Below the pieces are notes generated by a model. That model saw nothing but the letters and a program-made list of their open reading frames with translations, had not been told where the DNA came from and ran no database searches. A stretch of DNA of 45,745 nt from positions 1 to 45,745 of the forward strand of contig JBBRBK010000010.1 in the NCBI GenBank assembly GCA_038205935.1. The letters are read 5' to 3'. Source of the stretch: Campylobacterales bacterium (GTDB taxonomy: Bacteria; Campylobacterota; Campylobacteria; Campylobacterales; Sulfurimonadaceae). A program made the position numbers and the translations under genes. This document shows positions 1 through 10,469 of the stretch, one piece after another; the stretch's first letter is position 1; every line of letters begins with the position of its first letter.

Positions 1-73
1 GGCAACGTTTTTGTAATATTGAGCATCATTAACTAAATTCATATACTCATGCGATTTATTAATTCAATTTTTT

Positions 74-775
74 TTATAATGATGATAGGCTCAGGATATG
101 ACCAAACCGTTGAGAAGGCGAAAAAACTATGGGTACGAAGATCATCGAAAATGAAAGAGGGGCGACCATAAGCACCCATTTTAAAAAGGGAATCATCTGC
201 ATCGAGTGTTCTTGCATGACACCAAGAAGTATAAGGTTTGGCGGTGTTCCGATGGGAGTGAGGATACCTCCCACACTTGCTCCATAAGCAATGGCCAAAG
301 CAAAACGCATCTTGAGTCTGTCGTCCCCAGTAATGTAAAGTGCTATAGGCATCAATAATAATGTGGTGGTCGTGTTTGAAAGAATAGAACTAAGTAGGGC
401 TGACGTGAGGACGAGTGAGTAGATGATGCCGCTGATGGTGTTTGGAAAAAATGAAAGTATCTTTTGGGCCAAGTACTTGTGCAGTCCAGTTTTTTCCACT
501 GCAATAGCAAGTAAAAAACCACCTAAAAAAAGATAGATGATAGGGTTTGAATAGTTTACAGATGTGTCTTTTGTGGAAAGGATACCAAAGGCAGGGAAAA
601 GGACTATGGGTATAAGCGAGACAACAGCCAGAGGAAGCCCCTCATTTGTCCATAAGACGACCAAAAAAGCGATAAGTGCAAGCAAAGAACTTTGCGTGAA
701 ATTTAAAAAAGTAAAAGAGAGAAAATAGATAAAAAAGCCAATCAATAGCGCTATAAGTATCTTTTTTGTTTGCAT
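74..775 (-). pseudogene. SLC13/DASS-family sodium:anion symporter, 3'-truncated (about half length)
   Basis: DASS motifs LFLGGFLLAIA, LSNTTT and GGILTPIGTPPN are present. Family-like sequence stops near MIFV (~nt 133) and runs into an unrelated tail and a stop; full members are roughly 450 aa. Likely ATG start at 775 (the ORF track uses GTG at 790). Confidence 0.75.
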
Positions 776-826
776 AAGTTGTTCATTCACAATAAAAGAC
801 CTTTATGTTTTGAATTATTTTAAATA

Positions 827-1714
827 CTACCGCGAAAGCAGATCTTTTAAACTCTCTTGTGGATCTTTTCCTTCGAGAATTTTATACACTTCTGTAGCTA
901 TAGGCAGATATATATTTTTCTCATTCGCAATTACATGTAAGGCATACGCCGTTCCGATTCCCTCTGCGACTTCGCCAAGTTCTTCGACTATGGCTTCTTT
1001 GGATTTGCCCTCTGCGAATCCAAGCCCTACTCTAAAGTTTCTAGACATAGTAGAAGATGCTGTTAAAAAAAGATCCCCAGCACCACTAAGACCGATGAAG
1101 CTTTCATCTTTTGCACCATAACGAACTCCGAATCTTTGCATCTCCACAAGTCCGCGTGAGATGAGTGATGCCGCGGCATTTTTGCCAAGACCGAGTCCTT
1201 CACATATTCCAGCGGCGATTGCAATCACATTTTTATACGCACCTGCAACCTCTGCTCCCATAACATCTGTGGAAGTGTAAGTTTTGATAAACTGTGGAAA
1301 TAACGAAGAAAACTTTGCACTCAGCTCTTCATTAGTCGAGTTAATAACTAAAGCTGTCGGAAGCGATTGCATCACTTCCGATGCAAATGAGGGACCAGAT
1401 AAAAAGCAGATATTTTCTTCAGGAAGATATTCACTGTAGATCTCATTTAAAAACTTTCCACTACTGGCTTCTATTCCCTTAGAAGCCACAAGTATCTTCT
1501 GTCCAGTAAATACAAAATGCTCTTTTAACCACTGCGATATCTGCTGTGAGGGAATGGTGATAACTAAATATTCAAGCTTTAAAATTTCATCAATCGAGAT
1601 AAAATTTTTTACATCTCTGGGGGTTCTTGAACTTATATAAACATCATTTTTCTCTGCAAGTGCAAAGGCAAGTGCCGTTCCCCATTTTCCAGCTCCTATA
1701 ACACCTATTTTCAT
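827..1714 (-). CDS. gpsA: NAD(P)H-dependent glycerol-3-phosphate dehydrogenase
   Basis: GAGKWGTALA Rossmann motif, LSGPSFA, GAYKNVIAIAAG, GDLFLTASSTMSRN. Confidence 0.96.
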   Translation of the reverse strand: MKIGVIGAGKWGTALAFALAEKNDVYISSRTPRDVKNFISIDEILKLEYLVITIPSQQISQWLKEHFVFTGQKILVASKGIEASSGKFLNEIYSEYLPEENICFLSGPSFASEVMQSLPTALVINSTNEELSAKFSSLFPQFIKTYTSTDVMGAEVAGAYKNVIAIAAGICEGLGLGKNAAASLISRGLVEMQRFGVRYGAKDESFIGLSGAGDLFLTASSTMSRNFRVGLGFAEGKSKEAIVEELGEVAEGIGTAYALHVIANEKNIYLPIATEVYKILEGKDPQESLKDLLSR

Positions 1715-2409
1715 TTTATCACCGCCTTATGCATTGATTCAAAATTTGCAATATCATACTTAAATCCTATAATCACTAAGATATTTCCTTCACATAAAGG
1801 TTCACTATTGGCTTTTTTCGTATAGATAAAAGAGGTGTCAAGATTTTCACGTATGACAGCTAAAACAACCAAACCATATTTGTACTTCCAATCTATATCT
1901 TCGATATTACTTCCAATAAACTCTACACCCGCAGGCAGTGTCCATTGCACAATTTTGAGATCTTTATCCGCATACAAAATATTGTTTAAAATCTCTGTAA
2001 CAAATGGACGTTCGAGCATTTCTGTAATAATATTGACCGTCGTTTGCGTGATAGGAATGATCTTATTGGCTCCAGCCATTTTAAGCTTTCTGCCACTTTC
2101 TTGATCAGTTGAAAGAGCAATAATCAGCAGATTTTCAAAAGTAGCACGAAGAGAAATAGTTAAAAATATATTTTCTGAGGTTTCTTGCAAGGCACAAAAT
2201 ACAATCAAATGTTCAAGATCATAATCTGTCTCAAACATCGACCAATCATCACTAAGATCAAATTTTGAGACTTTAAATCCCTTATCCTTCAATAAACTTT
2301 TATCACTATCTTCAAGCACAAAGAGCGTGATATCACTATACTTTGTTTTCAAACTTTGTGCGATCTCTAACGCAAACTCGTTATAACCAAATATGACAGC
2401 TGACTTCAT
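1711..2409 (-). CDS. TrkA-family RCK (N+C) potassium channel regulatory subunit
   Basis: VIFGYNEFALEIA Rossmann-like start, NIFLTISLR, KLKMAGANKII; lies directly downstream of the K+ channel gene. Confidence 0.85.
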   Translation of the reverse strand: MKSAVIFGYNEFALEIAQSLKTKYSDITLFVLEDSDKSLLKDKGFKVSKFDLSDDWSMFETDYDLEHLIVFCALQETSENIFLTISLRATFENLLIIALSTDQESGRKLKMAGANKIIPITQTTVNIITEMLERPFVTEILNNILYADKDLKIVQWTLPAGVEFIGSNIEDIDWKYKYGLVVLAVIRENLDTSFIYTKKANSEPLCEGNILVIIGFKYDIANFESMHKAVIK

Positions 2410-2412
2410 AAG

Positions 2413-3972
2413 CTAACTCTTTTTGTGAAGATGTTTTTTAAATTCTTCAATAAATACATAATCACCTACAATAATAAGCATATCCCCACTCTCTAAAAGT
2501 GTATTGCCTATAGGATTAAATAAAAATCTTTTTGATGCACTTTGGTAGATTCCAAGCATCAAAAGCTTATATTTTCTACACTCTATTTCACTTAAATCTC
2601 CATGGTAGCGAAGCATAACATCATCCACCAATATCTCAGAGATCTGGATTCCATTTGTTTCTGAACGCAGGGCGTGGATCAAGTCAAAAGCAACAGGCTG
2701 ACCAATGTACTCTTTTGCGATCAAACCGATAAACTCTTGAGAAAAGATAATCTTACTCACCCCAGCCATCTCAAGCTTTTTTCTATTTTGCTTGGACTCT
2801 AAAATAGAGATAATCTCCACATACTTTGACATAGAACGCACCGTTAAGGTCGTATAAATATTTTCAACATCAGTATCATCCAGACATAATACCGATCTTA
2901 CTTGAGTTGCAAAATTAATATGAAGATCTTCATAGGTACTCAGAGAACCCGAATCATAGGCGAAAGCCAAAAATCCATCTTTTATGGCCTCTTTTATCAA
3001 CTTGGCATCTTTATCCAGCACAATAATTTTTGAACCATTACTTTTTAATTTTAGTGCAACTTGACGACCTATCTCTTTATATCCACAGATAAGATAAATC
3101 CCTTTTATTTTTGCAATATCTTCAATACTTTTGATCTCTTTTATCTCTTCGATCTTTTCTGTAAAAGCAGAAACAACCAAAGAAGTTGTAAATGCCATCA
3201 CTGCAATTCCAGACATGATGACAATGATAGCAACGACTTTTCCCTCTTCGCTCACTGTTACAACATCTCCATATCCAACTGTACTCATAGTGACAATCGC
3301 CCAGTAGAAAGCATCAAAAAGAGTATTGATCTTTGAATGTGGATTGTTTGCTTCCATCACATATACCAAAACAGAAGAAACGATAACAATAATCGAAGCG
3401 AACATAACAAGGGTAAGAAACTCAAAACGTTTAGCAGAGAGAACAGAACCAAAAGTTTTTATGCTTCTTGTATAGCGAAAAAGCTTAAATATTCTAAAAA
3501 GGATAAAAATACGTAAAAGTCTTAATTCGTGGAAGAACGGAACAATTGCGAGAAGATCGATAATCGAACTTATGGAACGTATATGTTTCCATTTGGATAA
3601 AAACACTTTAAAGAGTGCTCGTCTGAGTCTAAACTTTCTTGAAAGTGTTGTGTCTTTTTCATATTGGGCGATGATGATCGCTGTGGAACTATCATAAACC
3701 CAAAGACGCAGTACATATTCAATCATAAAGATGATAGAAATAATATAATCATTAAAAAATTTTAGATCTGGATCTATCGTTGTTTTTACCTCTTTGATAA
3801 GAATAAAAACACTCGTAAAGATCAGAACGATCATCATAAAGTCAATATATTTTTTAAAACGAAATTGATCGTTTTCTAAAAAATTATAAACAATATGCTT
3901 CACATGCAAATACTTATCTGAACCATTTAACGCAAAAATAGTCCCTATAAATAATCGCTTAAAAAAGTCCAT
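2413..3972 (-). CDS. 6-TM potassium channel with S4-like segment and C-terminal RCK domain
   Basis: Selectivity filter TVGYGD, Arg-rich S4 (LRLLRIFILFRIFKLFR), RCK motif LICGYKEIG. Confidence 0.92.
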   Translation of the reverse strand: MDFFKRLFIGTIFALNGSDKYLHVKHIVYNFLENDQFRFKKYIDFMMIVLIFTSVFILIKEVKTTIDPDLKFFNDYIISIIFMIEYVLRLWVYDSSTAIIIAQYEKDTTLSRKFRLRRALFKVFLSKWKHIRSISSIIDLLAIVPFFHELRLLRIFILFRIFKLFRYTRSIKTFGSVLSAKRFEFLTLVMFASIIVIVSSVLVYVMEANNPHSKINTLFDAFYWAIVTMSTVGYGDVVTVSEEGKVVAIIVIMSGIAVMAFTTSLVVSAFTEKIEEIKEIKSIEDIAKIKGIYLICGYKEIGRQVALKLKSNGSKIIVLDKDAKLIKEAIKDGFLAFAYDSGSLSTYEDLHINFATQVRSVLCLDDTDVENIYTTLTVRSMSKYVEIISILESKQNRKKLEMAGVSKIIFSQEFIGLIAKEYIGQPVAFDLIHALRSETNGIQISEILVDDVMLRYHGDLSEIECRKYKLLMLGIYQSASKRFLFNPIGNTLLESGDMLIIVGDYVFIEEFKKHLHKKS

Positions 3973-3973
3973 A

Positions 3974-5398
3974 TTAACCTAATTTAGATTTTAAAAGGTC
4001 ATTAACCGCTTGAGGGTTTGCACTTCCTTTGGAAACTTTCATGATCTGTCCTACAAAAAATCCAAACAGTTTATCTTTTCCACTTCTGTATTCTGCTACT
4101 TTTTCAGGGTTTGCATTTAAAATCTCATCTATCATCGCTTCGATTGCACCCGTATCACTCACTTGTTTGAGACCAAGTTTCTCGATTGTCTCATCTACAT
4201 CTGAACTATTTTCCATCATATAATCAAGAACATCTTTTGCGGCTTTTCCACTAATAGTATTGTCTTCTATACGCTTTACTAAAGTTCCTAGTTTCCTAGC
4301 ATCAAGAGGCGATGATTCAAGACTCATACCCCCTTTTAAACGCCCTTGAAGTTCCACTGTAAGCCATGTGACTGCATTTTTAGCACTGATACCTTCTTGC
4401 ATCATTTCTTCAAAGAAGTTTGCCATCTCTAAAGTTGAAGTGATCACTGAAGCGTTATATTCATTCATTCCAAAATCATTCACAAAACGAAGTTTTTTCT
4501 CATCTGGAAGTTCAGGGATTTGTGTTGCTATCGCATACATCTCATCTGTAACGACAGCTTTAAGAAGATCTGGTTCTGGGAAATAACGGTAATCCGCTGC
4601 TTCCTCTTTACCGCGCATACTTCTAGTTTCTTGTTTTGTTTGATCAAAAAGACGAGTTTCTTGAACGATCTCTTTGTCATAGACGCCATCTTCCCAAGCC
4701 TCACGCTGACGAGCAACTTCAAGTTCTATGGCTTTTTGGATAAAACGGAATGAGTTGATGTTTTTTATCTCAACACGAGTATAAAGTTTTTCATCACCTT
4801 TTGGACGAATAGAGACATTCACATCCACACGAAATGAACCCTCTTGCATATTTGCATCTGAAATATCTAAATATCTCACAATAGAGTGAAGCTTTTTAAG
4901 ATAGAAAATGGCTTCATCTCCACTTCGCATATCCGGTTCTGAAACGATCTCCAAAAGCGGAGTTCCAGCACGATTTAAATCTACTTTTGAGATATCGCCG
5001 TCATGGATATTTTTCCCAGCGTCTGCTTCGATGTGCGCACGGTTGATACCAATGATTTTTTTACTGCCATCTTCAAAGTCAATCTCAAGTTTTCCATGTT
5101 CAACAACAGGAGTATAAAGCTGAGTGATCTGATATGCCGATGGGCTATCTGGATAAAAATAGCTTTTACGATCAAAGTAAGATGTTCTGTTGATAGTAGC
5201 GCCTACTGCAGTTCCAAACATAACCGCTTTTTTAAGCACCTCTTTGTTAAAAACAGGAAGCGCTCCAGGAAGTGCCAAACATGTTGGACATGTATTTGTA
5301 TTTTGCGTATGATTAAAACTTGTCGGGCATGAGCAAAAAAGTTTTGTATTTGTATTTAATTGTACGTGGACTTCAAGTCCTATGACTGTTTCGAACAT
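3974..5398 (-). CDS. gatB: Asp-tRNA(Asn)/Glu-tRNA(Gln) amidotransferase subunit B
   Basis: [35 protein letters not shown]. Confidence 0.98.
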   Translation of the reverse strand: MFETVIGLEVHVQLNTNTKLFCSCPTSFNHTQNTNTCPTCLALPGALPVFNKEVLKKAVMFGTAVGATINRTSYFDRKSYFYPDSPSAYQITQLYTPVVEHGKLEIDFEDGSKKIIGINRAHIEADAGKNIHDGDISKVDLNRAGTPLLEIVSEPDMRSGDEAIFYLKKLHSIVRYLDISDANMQEGSFRVDVNVSIRPKGDEKLYTRVEIKNINSFRFIQKAIELEVARQREAWEDGVYDKEIVQETRLFDQTKQETRSMRGKEEAADYRYFPEPDLLKAVVTDEMYAIATQIPELPDEKKLRFVNDFGMNEYNASVITSTLEMANFFEEMMQEGISAKNAVTWLTVELQGRLKGGMSLESSPLDARKLGTLVKRIEDNTISGKAAKDVLDYMMENSSDVDETIEKLGLKQVSDTGAIEAMIDEILNANPEKVAEYRSGKDKLFGFFVGQIMKVSKGSANPQAVNDLLKSKLG

Positions 5399-5410
5399 TG
5401 TTTATAAACC

Positions 5411-5962
5411 TTATATAAATTTTCTTATCGATGCATATGCGAAAACTCCGCAAGATTCTACAGCTTTTATCTGCTCATCTGTCGTGATCCCACCTAGTGC
5501 GATTATTTTGATTTTTATTTTACCTTGTATTTCTTTTAAAGGAGCTAAACCGGTAGGATTTCCCTTGTTTGGAGAGTTGAAAATCGGGCTAAATGTCACA
5601 GCATCTGCTCCTAGACTTTGCGCTTGAAATATCTCTTGTAGACTATGCGTACTTATAACTACAAATAAATCCAGTGCTTTTGCTTTTTTGATAACATCAA
5701 ACTGTGTAGATACAAGATGTACACCAAAAGCACCCAACTCATATGCAGACTTGTAATCTTGATGTAAAAGAGGAATGACATTTTTTTGCTTACATGTAAG
5801 GATAAAATCTTTAGCAAAAACTTTATACTCAGGATTTTTTTTATCTCTGTAAAGAGCAAAATCAATACTATTTTTATCGATTATAGATGAAAGCGTTTGA
5901 GTGAAAGATGTAAGATTTGTCCCGTAAAATTCGGGATCAGTTATCAGATAGCTCTTTATCAT
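5411..5962 (-). CDS. thiamine-phosphate synthase (ThiE/TenI) family protein
   Basis: YLITD start, GVHL, STHSLQE, FSPIFNSPNK, IALGGI. Confidence 0.8.
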   Translation of the reverse strand: MIKSYLITDPEFYGTNLTSFTQTLSSIIDKNSIDFALYRDKKNPEYKVFAKDFILTCKQKNVIPLLHQDYKSAYELGAFGVHLVSTQFDVIKKAKALDLFVVISTHSLQEIFQAQSLGADAVTFSPIFNSPNKGNPTGLAPLKEIQGKIKIKIIALGGITTDEQIKAVESCGVFAYASIRKFI

Positions 5963-6218
5963 GAAGAGTTTTTCCCATTCTTTCTAAGATCTCTGTTTGT
6001 TTTTTCATTTCATTAAATGAGGCTCTTTTTGTCTCAAATGAATCGATCCAAAGAATAATAACTAAAGAAATAAAGATAAACACAAAAGAGAGTGATAAAG
6101 CCGGAGCAAGTCCAAAAGGGGAAAAATAAGTAAAAGTAGCGAAAGTACCCAGCACTATAAAAGCGACTGAGGCACCATGCAAGAAACTAAGGATTTTGTT
6201 AAATAAAGATTCTTGCAT
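5937..6218 (-). CDS. small two-TM hypothetical membrane protein
   Basis: Fills the gap between atpB and the ThiE-like gene with two hydrophobic helices; ATG at 6218 avoids overlap with atpB. Confidence 0.7.
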   Translation of the reverse strand: MQESLFNKILSFLHGASVAFIVLGTFATFTYFSPFGLAPALSLSFVFIFISLVIILWIDSFETKRASFNEMKKQTEILERMGKTLHDKELSDN

Positions 6219-6228
6219 AATAGAGTTT

Positions 6229-6906
6229 CTAGTGATCTTCAGAAACTGCGATAGCTCCGCCAAGGTAAACGTATGTAAGCATCATAAAGATGAACGCTTG
6301 CAAGAATGCCATGAATGTAAGCAATGCAAATGGGATAATCGGCAAGAACCAAGGTGCAAGCATAAGGATTACCATCAAGAACATATCGTCACCCTTAACA
6401 TTACCAAAAAGACGGAAGCTAAGAGAGATAATGCGAGAAATATGAGAAACGATCTCGATTGGAAACATCAACCATGCCAACCACCAAACAGGCCCAAGAA
6501 AGTGAGCGAAGTAAGTGATAAGACCATTACGGCGAATACCTTCAAAGTTATAGTAAAAGAACACTAAAAGTGCCAATGCTAAAGTGAAGTTTAATGAAGC
6601 AGAAGGTGCTTCAAAACCAGGAATAACTCCGATTAAGTTTGCAACACCGACAAAAAGACCGATTGTAGCAACAAGTGGAAGGTAACGGCGAGATTCCTCT
6701 TTACCCATAACGTCTGCACCCATAGCAACAACGCCGCCAAGGTATGCTTCAAATACGTTTTGAGTTCCTGTTGGAATCAAACGTAAGTTTGACATAGCAA
6801 CTTTTGCTAAGATAAGAACGATCACTGCTGTTAAAAGCATGTGCGTTAAAAATATGAACGTATGGTCTTCTGAAATCAAACCAAAAAAAGTAAATAATTC
6901 ACCCAT
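6229..6906 (-). CDS. atpB: F0F1 ATP synthase subunit a
   Basis: [14 protein letters not shown] with the essential Arg, [14 protein letters not shown]; likely start MGELFTFF at 6906. Confidence 0.97.
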   Translation of the reverse strand: MGELFTFFGLISEDHTFIFLTHMLLTAVIVLILAKVAMSNLRLIPTGTQNVFEAYLGGVVAMGADVMGKEESRRYLPLVATIGLFVGVANLIGVIPGFEAPSASLNFTLALALLVFFYYNFEGIRRNGLITYFAHFLGPVWWLAWLMFPIEIVSHISRIISLSFRLFGNVKGDDMFLMVILMLAPWFLPIIPFALLTFMAFLQAFIFMMLTYVYLGGAIAVSEDH

Positions 6907-6939
6907 TTGAGTATGCCCCTGTCTTGAAATAGTTGTGGG

Positions 6940-6945
6940 ATTATA
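6940..6945 (-). promoter_or_regulatory. probable sigma70 -10 box for atpB
   Basis: TATAAT on the minus strand about 35 nt upstream of the ATG. Confidence 0.55.
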
Positions 6946-7044
6946 GTGCAACTTGCATTAAATTAATCTTTTTGCAGCCTTGAACAAAAAATTAAACTCT
7001 TTTTACTAGCCATATTTTTAATAATTTTCTTGCATAATCGCTAA

Positions 7045-8613
7045 ATGAATAATTTAAATACCGTACTAGAGTACCACCAAAGAACCAAACATCATCCAAG
7101 TCGTTACGCTGCGTCGTTAGGTTATATGGACTGGGCGACTCAGCCCGATCCATTTCGAAGCTACAAAGGCGCGACAAAAGTACAATTGCCGCTTTCTCTG
7201 GAAAATACTACACCGCCGTATCATCTTTTATGGGAAGAAAATGCAATTCCCCAAGCGCCGCTTTGCATCGAATCCATCTCACAGCTGTTTCAATTTTCTC
7301 TTGCAATTTCCGCTTATAAAAGTGCAAATGGAACATCTTGGGCTCTAAGATGCAACGCTTCAAGTGGAAATTTGCAACCGACTGAGGGCTACATCATCCT
7401 TCCTCCGCAACGTGGAGTCTCTGAGAAAACTACTATTTCCCATTACGCGCCTCATGATCATTCTTTGGAAATTTTAAGTGAATTTGAGACCTCTTTTTGG
7501 GATGAACTGCCACAAGAAAGCTTTTTAGTAACGCTTAGTTCTATCATCTGGCGTGAAGCTTGGAAATATGGAGAACGTTCATTTCGTTACACTCAACTCG
7601 ATCTTGGACACGCATTGCATGCCTTACATGTAAGCGCGAAAATGCTTGGATGGAATATCTCTTTAATCGATAATTGCGACATAAAAGATGTAGATAAACT
7701 TTTTGGATTTGATAAAGAACTCCGCTTTACAGAGATTGAAAATGAAGAAAGTGATATTTTACTGCTTCTCTCAAAAGAAAAAAATTCTACATGCGAAGTG
7801 CCCTGTGGGTGTGAGCTTAAAACTTTACTTCAAGATATGAAACCACATAATGGTACAATTGCCAATAGACTCAGCCCTACGCACCATCATTGGGAGATTT
7901 TAGACACGATAAATGAAGCAACTCACTTTACGCCGACTTCAACTCTGCCTTTGCATGTAAGCCAAAAAAATAGCAGAAATCCAAGTGCTGAAGCAAAAGA
8001 TATTGTTCTTAAAAGACGAAGTGCGCAGATGATGGATGCGAACCGTTGCAAAATCACAAAAGAGCAATTCACAACTATTTTACAAAGCATATATCACGAA
8101 AAAGCCGATGTACATTTTGCCATATTTTTGCATGATGTAGATGGTTTTGAAAGTGGACTTTATCTCTACCTTCGTGACTCGCAGGACTTAGAAAATCTCA
8201 AAAAAAATCTTGATGCGACCTTTGTTTGGAGTGAAGTTTATGAACATCTTTATCTTTTAAAAGAAGGCGATTACAAAGCCATTGCCAAAGATATTTCTTG
8301 CTCTCAAGATATTGCAAAAGATGGAGCTTTTTCGCTTGGGATGCTTTGTAAATTTTCCTCTGTTTTAAGTGAAGCAAATCCGCAAAAATATAAAGAGCTC
8401 TATTATGAGTGCGGCGCAATCGGGCAACAGCTTTATCTTGAAGCTACCTCTTTGGGTCTCAGTGCCACGGGAATCGGCTGTTTTTTAGATGACATCATGC
8501 ATCAGCTTTTAGGATTACAAGATAATTCTTACCAATCTTTATATCATTTTACAATCGGCAAAGCCATAGCAGATATGCGAGTACAAACACAAAAGCCCTA
8601 CTTATTTAGATAA
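7045..8613 (+). CDS. SagB/ThcOx-type tandem nitroreductase-fold (FMN) oxidoreductase
   Basis: YHQRTKH...DWATQPDPFR, RCNASSGNLQPTE, WREAWKYGERSFRY; second domain with KRRS and GLSATGIGCFLDD. Confidence 0.85.
   Translation: MNNLNTVLEYHQRTKHHPSRYAASLGYMDWATQPDPFRSYKGATKVQLPLSLENTTPPYHLLWEENAIPQAPLCIESISQLFQFSLAISAYKSANGTSWALRCNASSGNLQPTEGYIILPPQRGVSEKTTISHYAPHDHSLEILSEFETSFWDELPQESFLVTLSSIIWREAWKYGERSFRYTQLDLGHALHALHVSAKMLGWNISLIDNCDIKDVDKLFGFDKELRFTEIENEESDILLLLSKEKNSTCEVPCGCELKTLLQDMKPHNGTIANRLSPTHHHWEILDTINEATHFTPTSTLPLHVSQKNSRNPSAEAKDIVLKRRSAQMMDANRCKITKEQFTTILQSIYHEKADVHFAIFLHDVDGFESGLYLYLRDSQDLENLKKNLDATFVWSEVYEHLYLLKEGDYKAIAKDISCSQDIAKDGAFSLGMLCKFSSVLSEANPQKYKELYYECGAIGQQLYLEATSLGLSATGIGCFLDDIMHQLLGLQDNSYQSLYHFTIGKAIADMRVQTQKPYLFR
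7787..7815 (+). repeat. ACATGT-core palindrome interrupted by an 18-bp in-frame insert (copy 1)
   Basis: CTACA-TGCGAAGTGCCCTGTGGG-TGTGAG; encodes T-CEVPCG-CE. Confidence 0.85.
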
Positions 8614-8630
8614 TAAGCTATAATTTTGGG

Positions 8631-9887
8631 ATGAAAAAAGTAGCTATAATCGGAGCTGGTGCGGCAGGACTTACCGCATCAGTCATTCTTGCAAGAAACA
8701 ATATCAAAGTCGATCTCTTTGAACAAAACGCCAAAAATGGCAAAAAAATCCTTGTATCAGGCAACGGACATTGTAATATCACCAATAAATTTGTCAGTAA
8801 ATCTAACTATATTTCTGCAAATCCCAACTTTGTCGAACCTACCCTTAAGCGATTTGGTTACCATGAACTTGAACGATTTATGAACTCCATCGGGATTTTA
8901 TTTTCTACAAAAGAGGATGGAAGAACTTTTCCACTTTCATACGAAGCCAAAAGCGTTGTAACTGCATATGAAGAGGCTTTAGCACTCTTACATCTAACTG
9001 TTTTTAATGACTGCAAAATAAAATCTGTCCAAAAAGAAACAAACTTTTCGCTTACATGCGAAGTGCCTTCTGGGTGTAAAGATAAAAAATATACAGATTA
9101 TGATGCTCTTATCGTTGCAACTGGACTTTTGGCGTATCCTCAACTTGGAGGAAACGAAGATGGACTTCACTTTGCTTCTTCTTTTGGGCATTCACTCATT
9201 CCATCCTACCCTTCTCTTGTTGGATTACATCTTGATTCATCGATTCACGAAGAACTTTCAGGGGTAAAAATGGATGGAGAAGTCACTATCAGTATCGATG
9301 GATTTAAAGAAAAGACGATGCAAGGAGATTTGCTTTTTACAAAATATGGCATCTCAGGACTTGCCATCTTTGATATCTCCCAAATCGCCTCACAAGCGCT
9401 TATAAACTTTCAAAATGTCGAAATATCCCTCAATCTTTTAAAAGATATTAATGCTCAGTCTCTATCCGCTCAGATATTAAATCTTTGTAAAACACTTCCA
9501 GAAAATAAAATATCTACAGTTTTAGGCGCGATTTTGCCCGCGAAACTCGCAGTTGCCATTTTGAGAGAAACACGAATAGATGCCAATACAAAAGCTTTAC
9601 ATGTAAACACAAAAATGGTGAAAACTCTTATCAATAAACTCCAAAACTGGAAATTCAGAGTCACAGACACGCACGGGTTTTCTCACGCTGAAGTGTGCGG
9701 CGGTGGAGTAAATACAGAAGAAATAGATGAAAAAACTTTTGAATCTAAAAAAACAAAAGGTCTTTATTTTGTAGGCGAAGTGTTAGATGTACTTGGCGAG
9801 CGTGGAGGCTATAACTTTCAATTTGCTTTTGCTTCTGGAATTCTTTGTGCCGAGGCTATTACGAAAGATTTTTCATCAAAAAAATGA
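8631..9887 (+). CDS. HI0933/YhiN/BaiN-family NAD(P)/FAD-dependent oxidoreductase
   Basis: IIGAGAAGL, GKKILVSGNGHCNITN, LLFTKYGISG, GEVLDVLGERGGYNFQFAFASG. Confidence 0.93.
   Translation: MKKVAIIGAGAAGLTASVILARNNIKVDLFEQNAKNGKKILVSGNGHCNITNKFVSKSNYISANPNFVEPTLKRFGYHELERFMNSIGILFSTKEDGRTFPLSYEAKSVVTAYEEALALLHLTVFNDCKIKSVQKETNFSLTCEVPSGCKDKKYTDYDALIVATGLLAYPQLGGNEDGLHFASSFGHSLIPSYPSLVGLHLDSSIHEELSGVKMDGEVTISIDGFKEKTMQGDLLFTKYGISGLAIFDISQIASQALINFQNVEISLNLLKDINAQSLSAQILNLCKTLPENKISTVLGAILPAKLAVAILRETRIDANTKALHVNTKMVKTLINKLQNWKFRVTDTHGFSHAEVCGGGVNTEEIDEKTFESKKTKGLYFVGEVLDVLGERGGYNFQFAFASGILCAEAITKDFSSKK
9051..9081 (+). repeat. TTACATGTAA palindrome interrupted by an 18-bp in-frame insert (copy 2)
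   Basis: CTTACA-TGCGAAGTGCCTTCTGGG-TGTAAAG; removing the insert restores a perfect TTACATGTAA; encodes LT-CEVPSG-CK. Confidence 0.9.
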
Positions 9888-9911
9888 TAAAATAAACAAA
9901 AAAGGAAAAAT

Positions 9912-10466
9912 ATGACATTCTTCATTATTCTCGGAGTTATTGCGCTTGTAGTTGTACTTATGTACAACTCTTTAATAGGCAAGAAAAATCAGGTAGAAAA
10001 TATCTTCGCAGGCGTGGACGCAGTTTTAAAAAAGCGTTATGACCTCATCCCAAACCTTGTCGCGTCAGTTTCACAGTATATGAAATTTGAAAAATCTACT
10101 TTAGAAAAAGTAACACAGCTTCGCTCAGAGGCGAATAAACCAAATCTTAGCGACAACGAGAAAGTAAAACTCGATTCTCAAATTAGTTCTGCCCTTGGTT
10201 CTATTATGGTTGCTGTTGAGAACTATCCTGAGCTCAAATCAAACGAAAACGTTATGAATCTCCAACACAATCTCACTGAGATAGAATCTCAAATTTCAGC
10301 CGCACGCCGCGCTTACAATCAAGCGGTCACAGACTACAACAATGCAAGAGAGATGTTTCCAACAAACTTTATGGCATCTTTGATGAATCTTCAAAGAAAA
10401 GATGTTTTTGTTATCAATGAAGACGAGCGAAAAAATGTCGATGTCAAAGGACTGTTTAACGCTTAA
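9912..10466 (+). CDS. lemA: LemA family protein
   Basis: N-terminal TM, YNSL, LKKRYDLIPNLV, ENYPELKSN, ARRAYNQAV. Confidence 0.95.
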   Translation: MTFFIILGVIALVVVLMYNSLIGKKNQVENIFAGVDAVLKKRYDLIPNLVASVSQYMKFEKSTLEKVTQLRSEANKPNLSDNEKVKLDSQISSALGSIMVAVENYPELKSNENVMNLQHNLTEIESQISAARRAYNQAVTDYNNAREMFPTNFMASLMNLQRKDVFVINEDERKNVDVKGLFNA

Positions 10467-10469
10467 TCT

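Noticed and set aside
6229..6906. atpB separated from the atp operon, with atpE absent
   Set aside because: A split atp locus, with parAB upstream and tol-pal downstream, is the normal Campylobacterota arrangement.
7045..8613. RiPP (azole) cluster around the SagB/ThcOx-like gene
   Set aside because: No YcaO, E1-like protein, precursor peptide or dedicated exporter is nearby; stand-alone members of this family are common.
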